A stretch of DNA of 64,000 nt, from positions 186,001-250,000 of the forward strand of contig PPNB01000009.1 in the NCBI GenBank assembly GCA_003707115.1, written 5' to 3'. The stretch is from Tortispora ganteri. Its lineage: Eukaryota. Below the pieces are notes generated by a model. It was not told where the DNA came from. It did no database searches and saw only the letters and a program-made list of their open reading frames with translations. The translations under genes were made by a program, and so were the position numbers. Positions 19,959-30,501 of the stretch are shown piece by piece (position 1 is the first letter of the stretch; each line of letters starts with the position of its first letter).

Positions 19959-21650
19959 TTAGTTAAGACGATTCCCTAAAATGTCGTAAGTGCTTTCTTG
20001 CAGCAGTCGTCGCACAGTTCGCTTCGAAGGAGATACCTCTAATCCTCCAAACTTAGTAACTTTGGAAGGTGAGTTCTCCTTGTTATATTCTTCAATATTT
20101 CTCTGAACGGTCTGTTTATCCAATTGAATGGTTAGTCTCTCATTTTCAGCCTTCAACGAGGCAATTGTGTTCAATGCATCGGCAAGTTTCCTCTCTGCTT
20201 CTTGTCGTAATGCCTGCTCGTTTGTAATCTGCTTGGAAATTAAATCAAGACGACGATCCATAATCTTCTGCTCTCTTTGACGTGCTTCCGCAAATTCATA
20301 ATAGTACTTATCGATACCTGCTTTCATGGTATTTCCGAGCTCTAATGTGACAGATTGTCTTACCCATTCCTCTAGCTCGTTAGAATCCATTTCTTGTGAG
20401 ACTTGCCTGTCGCTGTGCGCTTGAGTTTTTGTATCTCTGATCTTGGTCTTGGTCTTGGTCGGGCTGGTGTTGCTGGTGATCCCTGAACGAGGGGCTGAGG
20501 TTGATTTCTTAGGACTTGAATGCCGCAATGGAACACACGTTCCATTGGCAGAAAGACTGTATGTGAACATCTGGATTAGCTGGTATATATCGCCTGACAG
20601 ATCAGCAGTCATAAAAAGGCAGGCTTTAGGCTGTCTATTTTCGCTGTATAGGTTGTTCAGAAGTATTAGGTTTAGCTTGCTGTTTCTGAGACTAGGAGGA
20701 GGGTTCCCGCGTAACTTGCCGCTATTTGAGGATGCCGATTTGCGTATTTCCTCTAGGCAGTGCCCCAGATGCATCAAGCTAGAATTTATCGATCGCGATT
20801 CTACCAGTCTAGAACCGCTAGTTTTAGCAGTTTCTACCCTTTCTGAGCCCGCCAGATCAGCAATAGTGAGCTTTGTCATTTGAATATTGGTTGAGCCAGA
20901 TAATTTGCATATTTCTATAAAGCAAAGTGCGTGAGACCTACTGGATCCGGAATTAAGAGCTGTGCTGTGAACTGACCGCTTATTTAGTGCCACAGCCAAT
21001 ACCTTGTTAGCCTCAGATAGATTTTCAACGTGGATTTTATTGACGCCAGCCACATTTATTGTACCATCTGTGTTTGTCTGCAAAGGTTTGGCCCTGTTAT
21101 TTTGATCTAGCAGATCAGAAACTGTGTTGTTGTATATTTGCACGACAGACAAGTAAACTCCATAACGATAATCTTGTTCGTTAGAATCTTGCAACTTTGC
21201 AGTTCCTGCTGCTGCTGTATCTGTTATAATATTTTTGCAGTTAAAGAGAGAGGATGTTCTTAGTGTATTGAAATTGCGGTTGGCCAAGGTATCAAGCGCG
21301 TTCTCGAGGGTTTGGAAGGAAGCAGAGTTGTCGCCAATGCGCGCGAAGATTTGTTCAAATACTAGACTAGTCAATCCGTCGTCTAAACTATTACCAAACA
21401 AAGAATGAGACTTGCCAGAGTTAGTTGGTCCCATTGCGAAGAATGTGGCATCGGTTCCTTGGAAAATGGCATCCACCATCCCACTCAGGGTGGAATCGTA
21501 TATATCTTTAAGAGAGTGGCTATCGTTGAAGATGGAGTCAAAATCAAACTTCTTATCTTGATTGACAATTTCTATTGAGTTACTATTTATTTTTATATTG
21601 TCATTTGGCTCTGAGGGTTTGATACGTAGAACCACCTTTATGGGTTCCAT
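19959..21650 (-). CDS. N-terminal motor kinesin, kinesin-6-like
   Basis: Start MEPIKVVLRIKP at 21650; P-loop GPTNSGKSHS, NSGSSRSH, DLAGSER, INSSLMHLGHCL; insertion before beta4; coiled-coil tail. Confidence 0.85.
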   Translation of the reverse strand: MEPIKVVLRIKPSEPNDNIKINSNSIEIVNQDKKFDFDSIFNDSHSLKDIYDSTLSGMVDAIFQGTDATFFAMGPTNSGKSHSLFGNSLDDGLTSLVFEQIFARIGDNSASFQTLENALDTLANRNFNTLRTSSLFNCKNIITDTAAAGTAKLQDSNEQDYRYGVYLSVVQIYNNTVSDLLDQNNRAKPLQTNTDGTINVAGVNKIHVENLSEANKVLAVALNKRSVHSTALNSGSSRSHALCFIEICKLSGSTNIQMTKLTIADLAGSERVETAKTSGSRLVESRSINSSLMHLGHCLEEIRKSASSNSGKLRGNPPPSLRNSKLNLILLNNLYSENRQPKACLFMTADLSGDIYQLIQMFTYSLSANGTCVPLRHSSPKKSTSAPRSGITSNTSPTKTKTKIRDTKTQAHSDRQVSQEMDSNELEEWVRQSVTLELGNTMKAGIDKYYYEFAEARQREQKIMDRRLDLISKQITNEQALRQEAERKLADALNTIASLKAENERLTIQLDKQTVQRNIEEYNKENSPSKVTKFGGLEVSPSKRTVRRLLQESTYDILGNRLN

Positions 21651-21820
21651 TTTTGAATTCAATGTAAACAATAACAAGTTGAGTTTGGTGCAACTTCGCT
21701 GGTGGGAGTAAGCGCCGGAGTCTGCCGTTTGCATAATCAGGAAAAGACTCCCCACCAGAGGCATCACAAAAGATTACCTTTTATCACTGTATTTGACAAT
21801 CAAAATATTCCGACTCAAAA

Positions 21821-22699
21821 ATGATTGATGACAAAGCATCGCCTAGTAAGCGAAAAAGGGAATCAGATGATACTGATGTACCTGCTAAGGTGGAGAAAGT
21901 TGAGAAACCGGAGGAGCCTGAGAAACCAGTTCTTAAGTCTAAAGATGATAATAGTAAGCCGGAGTCAGAAAATGCCGAAAAAGATGTTAGGTCGGAACAA
22001 AAAGATTCAGAGAAACCTAATAAAGTGAAGTTCGGGTTCGGTTTTGGTTCAGCGAAAGGATTTGGTGGGTTCTCGTCAAGCACTGCCAAGTCGTCTGGAA
22101 AGAGCATGTGGGCGGACGATGATAAGGCGGACTTGCCTGCCAGCACCGTCACCAAATTCGGCGAACAGAAATCAGAACTTAAAAAGAACAATTCAGAATC
22201 TAAGAAGACCGACAAAAAAGACGATGAAAACACTAGTGCCGACAGTAATACAAACACTGATCCAAAAGAGAACGAAAATGGTGGGACTACTAGTGCGGCA
22301 CTCCAGGAGCAAGCAACCGTAACCGGCGAAGAAGGTGAAACTACAATTACTAGTGTACGTGCAAAGCTCTATTTCCTGGAGCTAGAAGGTGAGAGTCCCG
22401 GTTGGAAAGAACGCGGAATAGGCGTAGTAAAGCTGAACAAACCCGACCCTGAAAAGGAAACATCATACAATGCGCGATTGGTAATGCGAGCAGACGGTAT
22501 TTTAAAGGTAATTTTAAACACTGCTCTTATAGAGGGTGTAACAGCGCATTTGGGTCTAAAAAGTTCTGTCCAGGGAGACAAATTTGTGCGTATATTAACA
22601 GTTGAGGGCGGCAAGCCTGCACAGTACGGCCTTAAACTGAAATCTGCCGACGATGCTAAGACATTCTATGAAAAGATTAATGAGTATCTGCGAACCTGA
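21821..22699 (+). CDS. YRB2: Ran-binding domain protein (RanBP3/Yrb2-like)
   Basis: NLS-like KRKR, FGFGFG/GFGGF repeats, RanBD VTGEEGE...RAKLY...WKERGIG...RLVMRADGILKVILN. Confidence 0.85.
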   Translation: MIDDKASPSKRKRESDDTDVPAKVEKVEKPEEPEKPVLKSKDDNSKPESENAEKDVRSEQKDSEKPNKVKFGFGFGSAKGFGGFSSSTAKSSGKSMWADDDKADLPASTVTKFGEQKSELKKNNSESKKTDKKDDENTSADSNTNTDPKENENGGTTSAALQEQATVTGEEGETTITSVRAKLYFLELEGESPGWKERGIGVVKLNKPDPEKETSYNARLVMRADGILKVILNTALIEGVTAHLGLKSSVQGDKFVRILTVEGGKPAQYGLKLKSADDAKTFYEKINEYLRT

Positions 22700-23345
22700 A
22701 AGCTATGGAACAGATAGATTGGCCTTTTTGTCCTGCGAATTCGAAAACAGGGTACTGGATCGACTTCCATGCGCTTAACTTGGTATTTTGAGTAATCAGC
22801 TGTTCAAGTTCTAGTTGAGTCAAGTTACAGGAAGTTATAATCAAGACACCGTCGTCGGCTAACAGCTTCTCTACCGCTTTTGGGTATCTGAACAGCGGTC
22901 TCTCTGAATGAGCATCCGCCGGGGCCATTAAGGCGATGGCATCCATCGTGCCTTTGTCAAGGATCAGTTTCCACTTGCGATCGCATGCCCATGAAGCATC
23001 CAGAATATCTGCTTGAACAAACTCCGTATTTTCTCTATTTTCAGCTATGATATTTGCCAATTCAACGGATTGATGTGAATAATCTACTCCTGTGAACTTG
23101 TACGGCGTACCTGGATCATTGTCTTGTAGCTCAAACAACAGATGTCCATTACCGGTACCCAGATCAAGCACGTCACCATTCAAAATATTATTTTCTTCAA
23201 CAAATGCAACAATTCTATCTACAGCACCATTCTCATTAAACCAGCGCTCACCTGTGTCTCCGCTTTCACGGAGATTGATCAGCTCTCTGTTGTAAAACTC
23301 ATCCCAGTAGTCTTTCGTACCTAATTTTGAGGGTTCTAAATCCAT
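22677..23345 (-). CDS. EFM4: eEF1A lysine methyltransferase
   Basis: PSKLGTKDYWDEFY, GERWF, LDLGTGNGHLL, GVDYS, LDKGTMDAI, ITSCN, YPVFEFAGQKG; ATG at 23345. Confidence 0.93.
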   Translation of the reverse strand: MDLEPSKLGTKDYWDEFYNRELINLRESGDTGERWFNENGAVDRIVAFVEENNILNGDVLDLGTGNGHLLFELQDNDPGTPYKFTGVDYSHQSVELANIIAENRENTEFVQADILDASWACDRKWKLILDKGTMDAIALMAPADAHSERPLFRYPKAVEKLLADDGVLIITSCNLTQLELEQLITQNTKLSAWKSIQYPVFEFAGQKGQSICSIAFRFADTH

Positions 23346-24513
23346 TCCTATAAAAGCAGACTTCAATAACACTCAAATATTCAAGCAAAAGCTTTCAGAA
23401 AGTACTAATGTTTTCTTTGAGAAAATCAAATAAGTGCGTGCGAAAAGAAAGATAGCACTCTGTTCGATTATATAAAAGGGTAATACTACACTAAAACTCT
23501 AATTTTCAGGTGGCCGGTGATCGGAGGTTCAAGATTATAGCACGGGGGGGGCATAGTCTACAACTAAAAAAAGTCAACCCCTTTACTATGAATAGTATAA
23601 AATATGGATTTATCTGACTTATGAATTCGTGAACTTCAATTTCGAATGTTAGGACTTTGATAGAATAGTGTCATATTCTTTGGTAGTTATAGCAGACAAT
23701 TTTAGATGGATGTTTTTAGCATCTTGTACTTTGAGACATACTACTGGAGTATTTTTAGAATCTTCGTCTGGCGTCATGTCTATTAATTATTGTTTCCAGG
23801 TCCATGACTAGTAACTTTTGATCACATTCTCGAGATCTCTTATATTGAACCTAACGACACAACAGTCCATCAAGTTTATATGACTATCATTCAGTATTCA
23901 ATATGTATAGAAATACTCCAATTCCTTTGTGGAAGTCATTAGTACTCTAGTATAGATTATATATGTGGTCATCATGTACCAACTTCAAGACGCGAGTTAC
24001 TATCTAGCTCTGTAGCTCAAGAACTTAAAGACTAAAGATGAATATGCATATAGAATCTAGAATGAACAGCAGCTAATTTCACTGTGTTCTTCCTTAAAGA
24101 TTAAATAGCTTCAGTTGATTAAAAACAACAAGCAATAGGAAATTAGGCTAAAGTAATAATTTGAGGATCTATTGAATTCGGGATTTGCTTCCATTATGTT
24201 GCTACAACGAACATACACGATCAATCATAATTTTCCACATTAGCGTTGGTACTGGGGAATATCAGTCCATATTAAAATATATAACAGATAAATAAATAAA
24301 TGAATAAATAAATACCGAAATAGAAATACTCAGTAATTGGGTTACTCAACAGATGTCGCTTTTCCAATGTATGATCTGCGTGCAGAATGCTCAAGTGTAC
24401 ATATTTGAGCTATAGCAGGGTAACACTTTAATTGTGCCAGAGGTCGCCTTCAGACTCAGAACGCGATCTTTCAATTTCCGAACGATCTACGTAAATCGGC
24501 TGAACTAAACTCA

Positions 24514-25461
24514 ATGAAAACTGTAGGCATACCTTTTAACATCACTGTTTGCTTGCTACTAACACAGTATTAGGAAATATCCGAATCATCGGATGTTGAG
24601 TACACCACCCCCCCTGAAGTGGTGTCGGATAAGATAGAGGAAACAGACGCAGATAGTTTGACGGAACCGGCTAAATCCGTAGTAAGAATGGCTCTATTTT
24701 TAAGTAATAGCAATCTTGCTATATCACAACTGTCACTCTCTGAATCGTATGAGGGTTTCAGAGGAAAATTTGCTAGTGTTCTGGAGCGAGCTCGAACTAT
24801 GCTCTCTGATAAGTTTGGCATGGAGTTAGTAGAGATAGAACCGAAGCGAATATCGCGTATCAAAGCAAAAAAGCAGTTAGAAAAAGGCACAAAACCAGCT
24901 GCTAAAGAATACGTTCTTGTTTCGAAACTGTCTCAATCACACAAAGATGCTATTTTCTACACTGAGAATATACCTTCCATAAAGGGAACAGTATCTGAAA
25001 AAGACAAGATACCTAATATTGAGATTGTTATATGTGTAACTCTTATAGCTTTAAATGGAGGATTGATGACAGATAATGGTTTGAGAAATACACTCGATAC
25101 CATAGGCATTTCAGGGATCTCAGAAGTGATCGCACGATGTCTAAGGAAACGGTACATTGAACCTGAAATACCAGAAGGGACAGCAGTCTCATTGAATGAT
25201 GACAACAAGACTTACATTATTGGTGCAAAGGCGAAAGCTGTATTTGATATTCCTGGACTGTGCAATTTTGTTACCAACTTGTTAGTAAGCTCTTCTAAAC
25301 GGTCTCACGACTATGATGATCTAGATACCGTCGATGGACTCGGAACGTCTAAACGCACAAAGCTTCATAATTCCATTGTTCTAGCGACAAACAACAGTCT
25401 TGCTGGATCTGCATCAAACAACGACGAAACCAGCAACCAGAACATATCTGATTCTGCCTAA
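24514..25461 (+). CDS. NSE3: MAGE-domain Smc5/6 subunit; spliced: exon 1 24514-24522, exon 2 24574-25461
   Basis: LTEPAKSVVRMAL, ARTMLSDKFGMELVEI, KEYVLVSKL, YIIGAKAKA are MAGE-like; the ORF-track GTG start is resolved by an intron. Confidence 0.75.
24523..24573 (+). other. Spliceosomal intron (51 nt) in NSE3-like gene
   Basis: GTAGGC donor after ATG AAA ACT, TACTAAC at 24557-24563, TAG acceptor at 24571-24573 joins in frame to GAA ATA TCC. Confidence 0.7.
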
Positions 25462-26808
25462 CATTAGTCTAGAAACTGGATAGAGACCTACTCGCTATAC
25501 CTCTGTTTGGGCTTTATGAAGTAATCCGGAAACCATGTGACTTTAATCGTTATAAGTTTTGATCAAATCTAATGAATGCAGCAAAGTATACACAAACCTG
25601 TGAGCCACATATACTCGATAATCAATTATAGGCTAAATAATTTGTGTTCTTTCTCTTGAGATGACTAAGGAAGTGCTTATTGATAAAACTTTTACCTGAG
25701 AATATTAGACAAGATTTCGAGGAGTCAACATAAGTGTTTCACAGACACATCGACGCCGTAAAGAACGGTCGGTCGTACGCCACAAAAGACCATTTCACGA
25801 TTTTTTTGGTAATAAGACATGAAAAGAGAAAGGTATGAGATTGGATCAATTACGAATCCAGTTTGAGAATACTTTTTAAGGAGACTTTGGAAACTAGTAT
25901 TTAGTCTTGCGGTTCCCTATACGTATACTACAAGGTTTCCGCAATTATGCATTTCCAACGAGATGTATAGATTCCTCTTGAATGGGTTCGCAGTAAAACA
26001 AATATATCATTTTTTCAGAAGAATTGTTTATCCTTGCCTTCTATAAAAATTTCCAGAGTAAAGAAGAGCTCTCTATACCTCTATCCTATGTCTCAGAAAG
26101 AAATACTTTTAAGGTTCATAAGCTGAATGATAATTTACGTGTAACCGTTACACGCGTTTATATTAAAGTTTTATCATTGTTTACCTGCAACGGTTTCTCA
26201 GCTCATCTAAAGTTAGTTGCTGCTGGAACGGTCCCTTAAAGCACTTGAACTTCTACTCAATCAAGTTTCTTTTCTCTATAGTCATTTAAGTGTAAAATTT
26301 AGTGCTTGGGTTACGTCAGTATTGCGATATTACGTAAAAGCGGTTTAACTTATGTTTGTAAATAGTTATGCAGTCAGTCTTTTATTTGAAGAAGTAGAGC
26401 AATACTCCGCGATAGTGAATGGGCACTAAGGTATCTTGTAGAAAATGAGGTTAAACAATTTTAACAAAGTGAAACAAGTACCAATGCTATATTAAGCGCG
26501 TAGTAAACCCATTATCAGTGATGTTAGTTCGAATTCCATCGCGGCGCAAGAGAAGTCAAAGCACTATGCGGTTCTGTGTTAAACAAGCGGCAGAACCACA
26601 CTGCTAAAAGAAAAAAAAAACAATATATACAAGCATATCCAAAAACATATAGCTTGGATATATTTGATAAAAGTACGATTTCAAGTCAAGTTGAAGACTG
26701 CAAAAGAATGAAAAATGTGAAGTAAGTGCCGTTGGCAGGCGATCTTGATAGTCATGTATCGTTATCGGAATTCTGCACGTAAAAGTGCCCTTTTCTTTTG
26801 CAAATGAA

Positions 26809-27930
26809 TTAATATGCGGAATAGCTCAATGAGTAGTTAGAAAGCGGTATGTCGGTAGGAGTTCTCGGGGGAGTAAGGAAATGAGCAGGATATGACTTTT
26901 CAGAGCTTGGTGGAGGAATTGCGTCATTCATTACATCGTCCGATGAGGAAAAGAAATCTTGAGGATCAAACACAGATAAAACATCAGAAGGTGTATTAGA
27001 ACCAGTCGAAGATAGGGCAGGAGGTGGAGTAGAAGGAGCTTCTAAGCGAGCAGCTATAACTGCTTGTTGGCGCGCAACGAATTCCGAAACGAGGTAAGCA
27101 ATTTCGTGAGTAGCTTGAGAGGAGTATTTCTTAGCTAAAGTTCGTGAAGGAGACTGTATATAGTCGCAGATGAGCATTATGCAATTTACTTCGTCCTTAG
27201 TCAGCGAATCGTGCATTCCGAGGTTAATATGGCCAAGAATGTGGAGTGCCAGCAAATGGGCACTTGACGCGACGATAGAAGAAGTATAAGCAAGGAACGG
27301 ACGTGAAAAAAGAGTTATTTCGCAGAAATAACGAGCCATGTTCTCAACCAAAGGATTATAATTGCGGCCACGTAAAACTTGGAGGTAACATTCGCATGTA
27401 GGTTGTCCAACTACCCAGTCAAGAGTAGTTAGGACGTGTCCTTCCATTTGTACGAACATAGATTCTTCGTAAGCGTGGCAGCACATTTGTTTGAGTTCCT
27501 GAACACTTGGAACGCGTTCTTTTTTGTCTTCGTATTTTGCAGCAATCCATATGGCTACACAACCGACCAGCTGATAATGTTTTTTGTAAACCACTCGTTT
27601 TGAGCAGTATCTGTCGATGAGAGAGATTGCCAAGAACAGCGTCTTTGGCTTCAAGCGAAGAGATAAATGTAACTCAATTAGGAAATCGATTAAATAAGGG
27701 CGCATATGCCATTCGATTTCAGGTTGGAGGTCCATGAGTTGAGAATCAGGTCGGCAGAATTTTTCAAGGTCTTTCATGTGAAGTAGAATGTCATCCTGAT
27801 ACTCGTCTTCGACTGTCTTGGAGATATCCTGCTCAATGAGGATAAGCCTTTGAGATACAGGGCGATGACGTATATACGATGCTGCGTCAATTACCTTATG
27901 TGGTTGTTGGTGCGACTGATTCAAGGACAT
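26809..27930 (-). CDS. Fungal G1 cyclin (Cln/Ccn1/Puc1 family)
   Basis: DLQPEIEWHMRPYLIDFLIE, DRYCSKRVVYKKHYQLVGC, WIAAKYED; PEST tail with TP/SP sites; long flanking intergenic regions. Confidence 0.93.
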   Translation of the reverse strand: MSLNQSHQQPHKVIDAASYIRHRPVSQRLILIEQDISKTVEDEYQDDILLHMKDLEKFCRPDSQLMDLQPEIEWHMRPYLIDFLIELHLSLRLKPKTLFLAISLIDRYCSKRVVYKKHYQLVGCVAIWIAAKYEDKKERVPSVQELKQMCCHAYEESMFVQMEGHVLTTLDWVVGQPTCECYLQVLRGRNYNPLVENMARYFCEITLFSRPFLAYTSSIVASSAHLLALHILGHINLGMHDSLTKDEVNCIMLICDYIQSPSRTLAKKYSSQATHEIAYLVSEFVARQQAVIAARLEAPSTPPPALSSTGSNTPSDVLSVFDPQDFFSSSDDVMNDAIPPPSSEKSYPAHFLTPPRTPTDIPLSNYSLSYSAY

Positions 27931-29020
27931 GACGCAGATAGCTGGCTAAGAGAGAAAAGTTGGAAATACGAAAAAAAGACGCTTTTTTTCCTAACTGCAA
28001 TTTGATGAAATAGCAACACAACTTGAACGATTGCTGCAGAATTAGAAGAAATGCGTTAGCCGAAAAGATATGTGAATGAGAATAACAGAATCGAAGGAAT
28101 TTGGTATGTGAAGCAATGAATGTATAAGGCTTCTTTGCTGTTGAAGGTATTAGAGAAGAAATGAATGAAATATGGTTAAAAACGAGAGGTTCAACAAAAG
28201 CAAGAAAACGAGAAGGAAAGAATAGAAGATGGTGCTTTAGAAGAATTCAAGTTGTTTTAATAAGAGCAAAAAATGGAATGGGCAGGGGTCACCTCCTTTG
28301 CCTTGTAAGGAATGTAATCTTAGTTTATAGGGGGCCGTACAAGTATTGGGATTACCAAAAATGGAATATCTAGAACTTAATACTTTTTGGCGCTGCTTCG
28401 GTTTATAGGTTTGAAGTCCGTCTAAAATACTTCAAGCACGGTACTGAACGAACAGTATACAATATGCTCAGATTATTTGTAGAGAGTACTATGAAAACTA
28501 AAGAACATATACAGAGTGTGTTATTCTTATATACGCAATTCTTAAGGGTCACACGCGACAATTGTTTCCTAAATAAATAAAGTTGAATAAGGTTTCACAT
28601 ACCAGAAGCTGCTGCTTATTATACATACCTGAGCAGCTCCCAATCCGTGTGGACTATGTAGGGGGTGAAGCAACAGCGAAATATACCCTAATGGTTTAAG
28701 AAAGTTTGCTAAGCTTATTTATTTTCTCTTATTATATGTCACTTCGCTCTTTAATAGCCAATAATCTTCAGGGGCCGTCAAGAATTTGAGATTGGATAGT
28801 CAATGCCACAACAGAACTAAGTGATGTCTCGTCGCCTACAGATTCGCATTCCAGCGTATAAAATCTTTAAGTAGTAGCACTTATACTACATGCGACAGTG
28901 TTTTATATTGTTATTACTCTTTCAATCAATGTTACATTTCGATCTGGTTCAAGCGTTTAATTGCAATCCCGTACATTTGTTTATAAATTATCTCTGACTT
29001 CAATCATTAATTCATCGAGA

Positions 29021-29034
29021 ACGCGAAAACGCGT
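29021..29034. promoter_or_regulatory. Tandem SCB-like/MCB cell-cycle elements upstream of G1 cyclin
   Basis: ACGCGAAA (29021-29028) immediately followed by ACGCGT (29029-29034); another CGCGAAA at 29144-29150. Confidence 0.55.
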
Positions 29035-29463
29035 CAATTAAACTTTAATGCGTGTTACCGTTCCAGGAAACTTTTAAAAACTCTACTTCTCACATCATGT
29101 AACTTCTTTTTACTACTTATTTCAACTTATTTTACTATATTACCGCGAAATACTTTAGATTCTTCGTTTAAGTCTAATTTTTGGGGATATTAGATAGTTT
29201 AACTCCTTCAGGAATAAAGGATGCCTAACTTTTTATATAGCCAATCATATAGACCGTATACCATGCTTAGAGTTCTTATTACTTAAGGCCCTTACAACTG
29301 AATTACCCACACATACGTGTATTCTACAGGGTCAAAAGTAGAACAAGGAAAAAAAGTAGACCGACTTATGTAGTGCTGTATCTACTTTGCATTATTCACT
29401 AATGCTATATAAGTCTAAATCAGATAATGATTTTCATGAAAAAAAAAAAAATAAAATATAATA

Positions 29464-29536
29464 CACCCCACGGGGGTCTCGAACCCCCAACCTTGAGATT
29501 AAGAGTCTCACGCTCTGCCAATTGAGCTAGCAGGGT
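29464..29536 (-). tRNA. tRNA-Lys (CTT), intronless
   Basis: Reverse complement ACCCTGCTAGCTCAATTGGCAGAGCGTGAGACTCTTAATCTCAAGGTTGGGGGTTCGAGACCCCCGTGGGGTG folds as a 73-nt cloverleaf; A and B boxes; anticodon CTT; downstream oligo-T terminator (A-run near 29439-29451). Confidence 0.96.
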
Positions 29537-30111
29537 AGATTACTCCTATTAGTCTGCCTTTCTTTAATTTAACACTATATCAAAAAATGTAATGAAAAAG
29601 ATCGAATACTGTGGAGAGGCCACCAATTCCGCACTGGAAAACAGGTGATTATTGATTTCTAAAAAGCACTCAATTATTTCATGTAATCTTCTGATTTTTA
29701 AATGCGTTATTATTTGAATAAATTTGAGCGTTTTCAAGAGGTATAGTTGTAGAGCGACTATTTTTGGGCAAGTTGGCCTTAGCTATGGGTGTACCTTATC
29801 CTCGAATGAAGCACACTTCCTCTTCAACCTACTTTCTATAGAAAGGCTCTTAATAGTTTAGAAATAAAATTATTTTGCTATCAGTCTACACATAGAAATT
29901 GCACACACCTTTCTACTTTACTACAGCCTTGTACACCTATTTCGAGACTAGTGATCTGCTCATTAACTAACCCGCACAAAATACTTCACTGGATCTCATG
30001 TACTACCCTAAACCCGTTTTAATGATGTTGAAAAATCAGTCCTCGGAAACCGGTATATAACACCTCTTTACGTCCAACCATATCGACGCACACAGTTAAA
30101 GAAGAACAAAT

Positions 30112-30390
30112 ATGTCAGCAATCTCGTCTTTATTTGGCAAAAAACCTCAAGATAATGAACAAACTGTTTTAAAGCAGCAACTTCAAGAAAAAATCAAGCA
30201 GGAATTTGCTGTCGCTAACATCTCGGAGCTTGTGAATCGCCTAACCGAGAACTGCTTTAATAATTGCATAACTACTCCTACTGGATCGCTCGATGCTAAC
30301 GATCAAAACTGTATCTCTCAGTGTGCAACTAAATACACTCAAGCATGGAATATAATATCGAAAACCTATATCCAGCTTGCTAGACATTGA
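30112..30390 (+). CDS. TIM13: Small Tim chaperone
   Basis: AVANISELVNRLTENC, twin CX3C (CFNNC...CISQC), AWNIISKTY. Confidence 0.93.
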   Translation: MSAISSLFGKKPQDNEQTVLKQQLQEKIKQEFAVANISELVNRLTENCFNNCITTPTGSLDANDQNCISQCATKYTQAWNIISKTYIQLARH

Positions 30391-30501
30391 TTCAGATGTG
30401 CTAATGTATATAGAAACTTATTAAAAATCTTACTCCAGATCAACTTACCTTTTCACAATACACACACCTCCAGCAACTTCCCCGCCTCCCACACCATTCT
30501 A

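Noticed and set aside
23346..24513. 1.2-kb spacer with a 42-codon minus-strand ORF (MTPDEDSK...), considered as an LTR, ncRNA or small gene
   Set aside because: No TG...CA boundaries, repeats, RNA motifs or protein similarity recognised
25462..26808. Long ORF-poor region downstream of the cyclin, including the GGTTCTG...CAGAACC hairpin near 26570-26598
   Set aside because: Compatible with a long cyclin 3' UTR; no snRNA, snoRNA or telomerase features could be supported by eye
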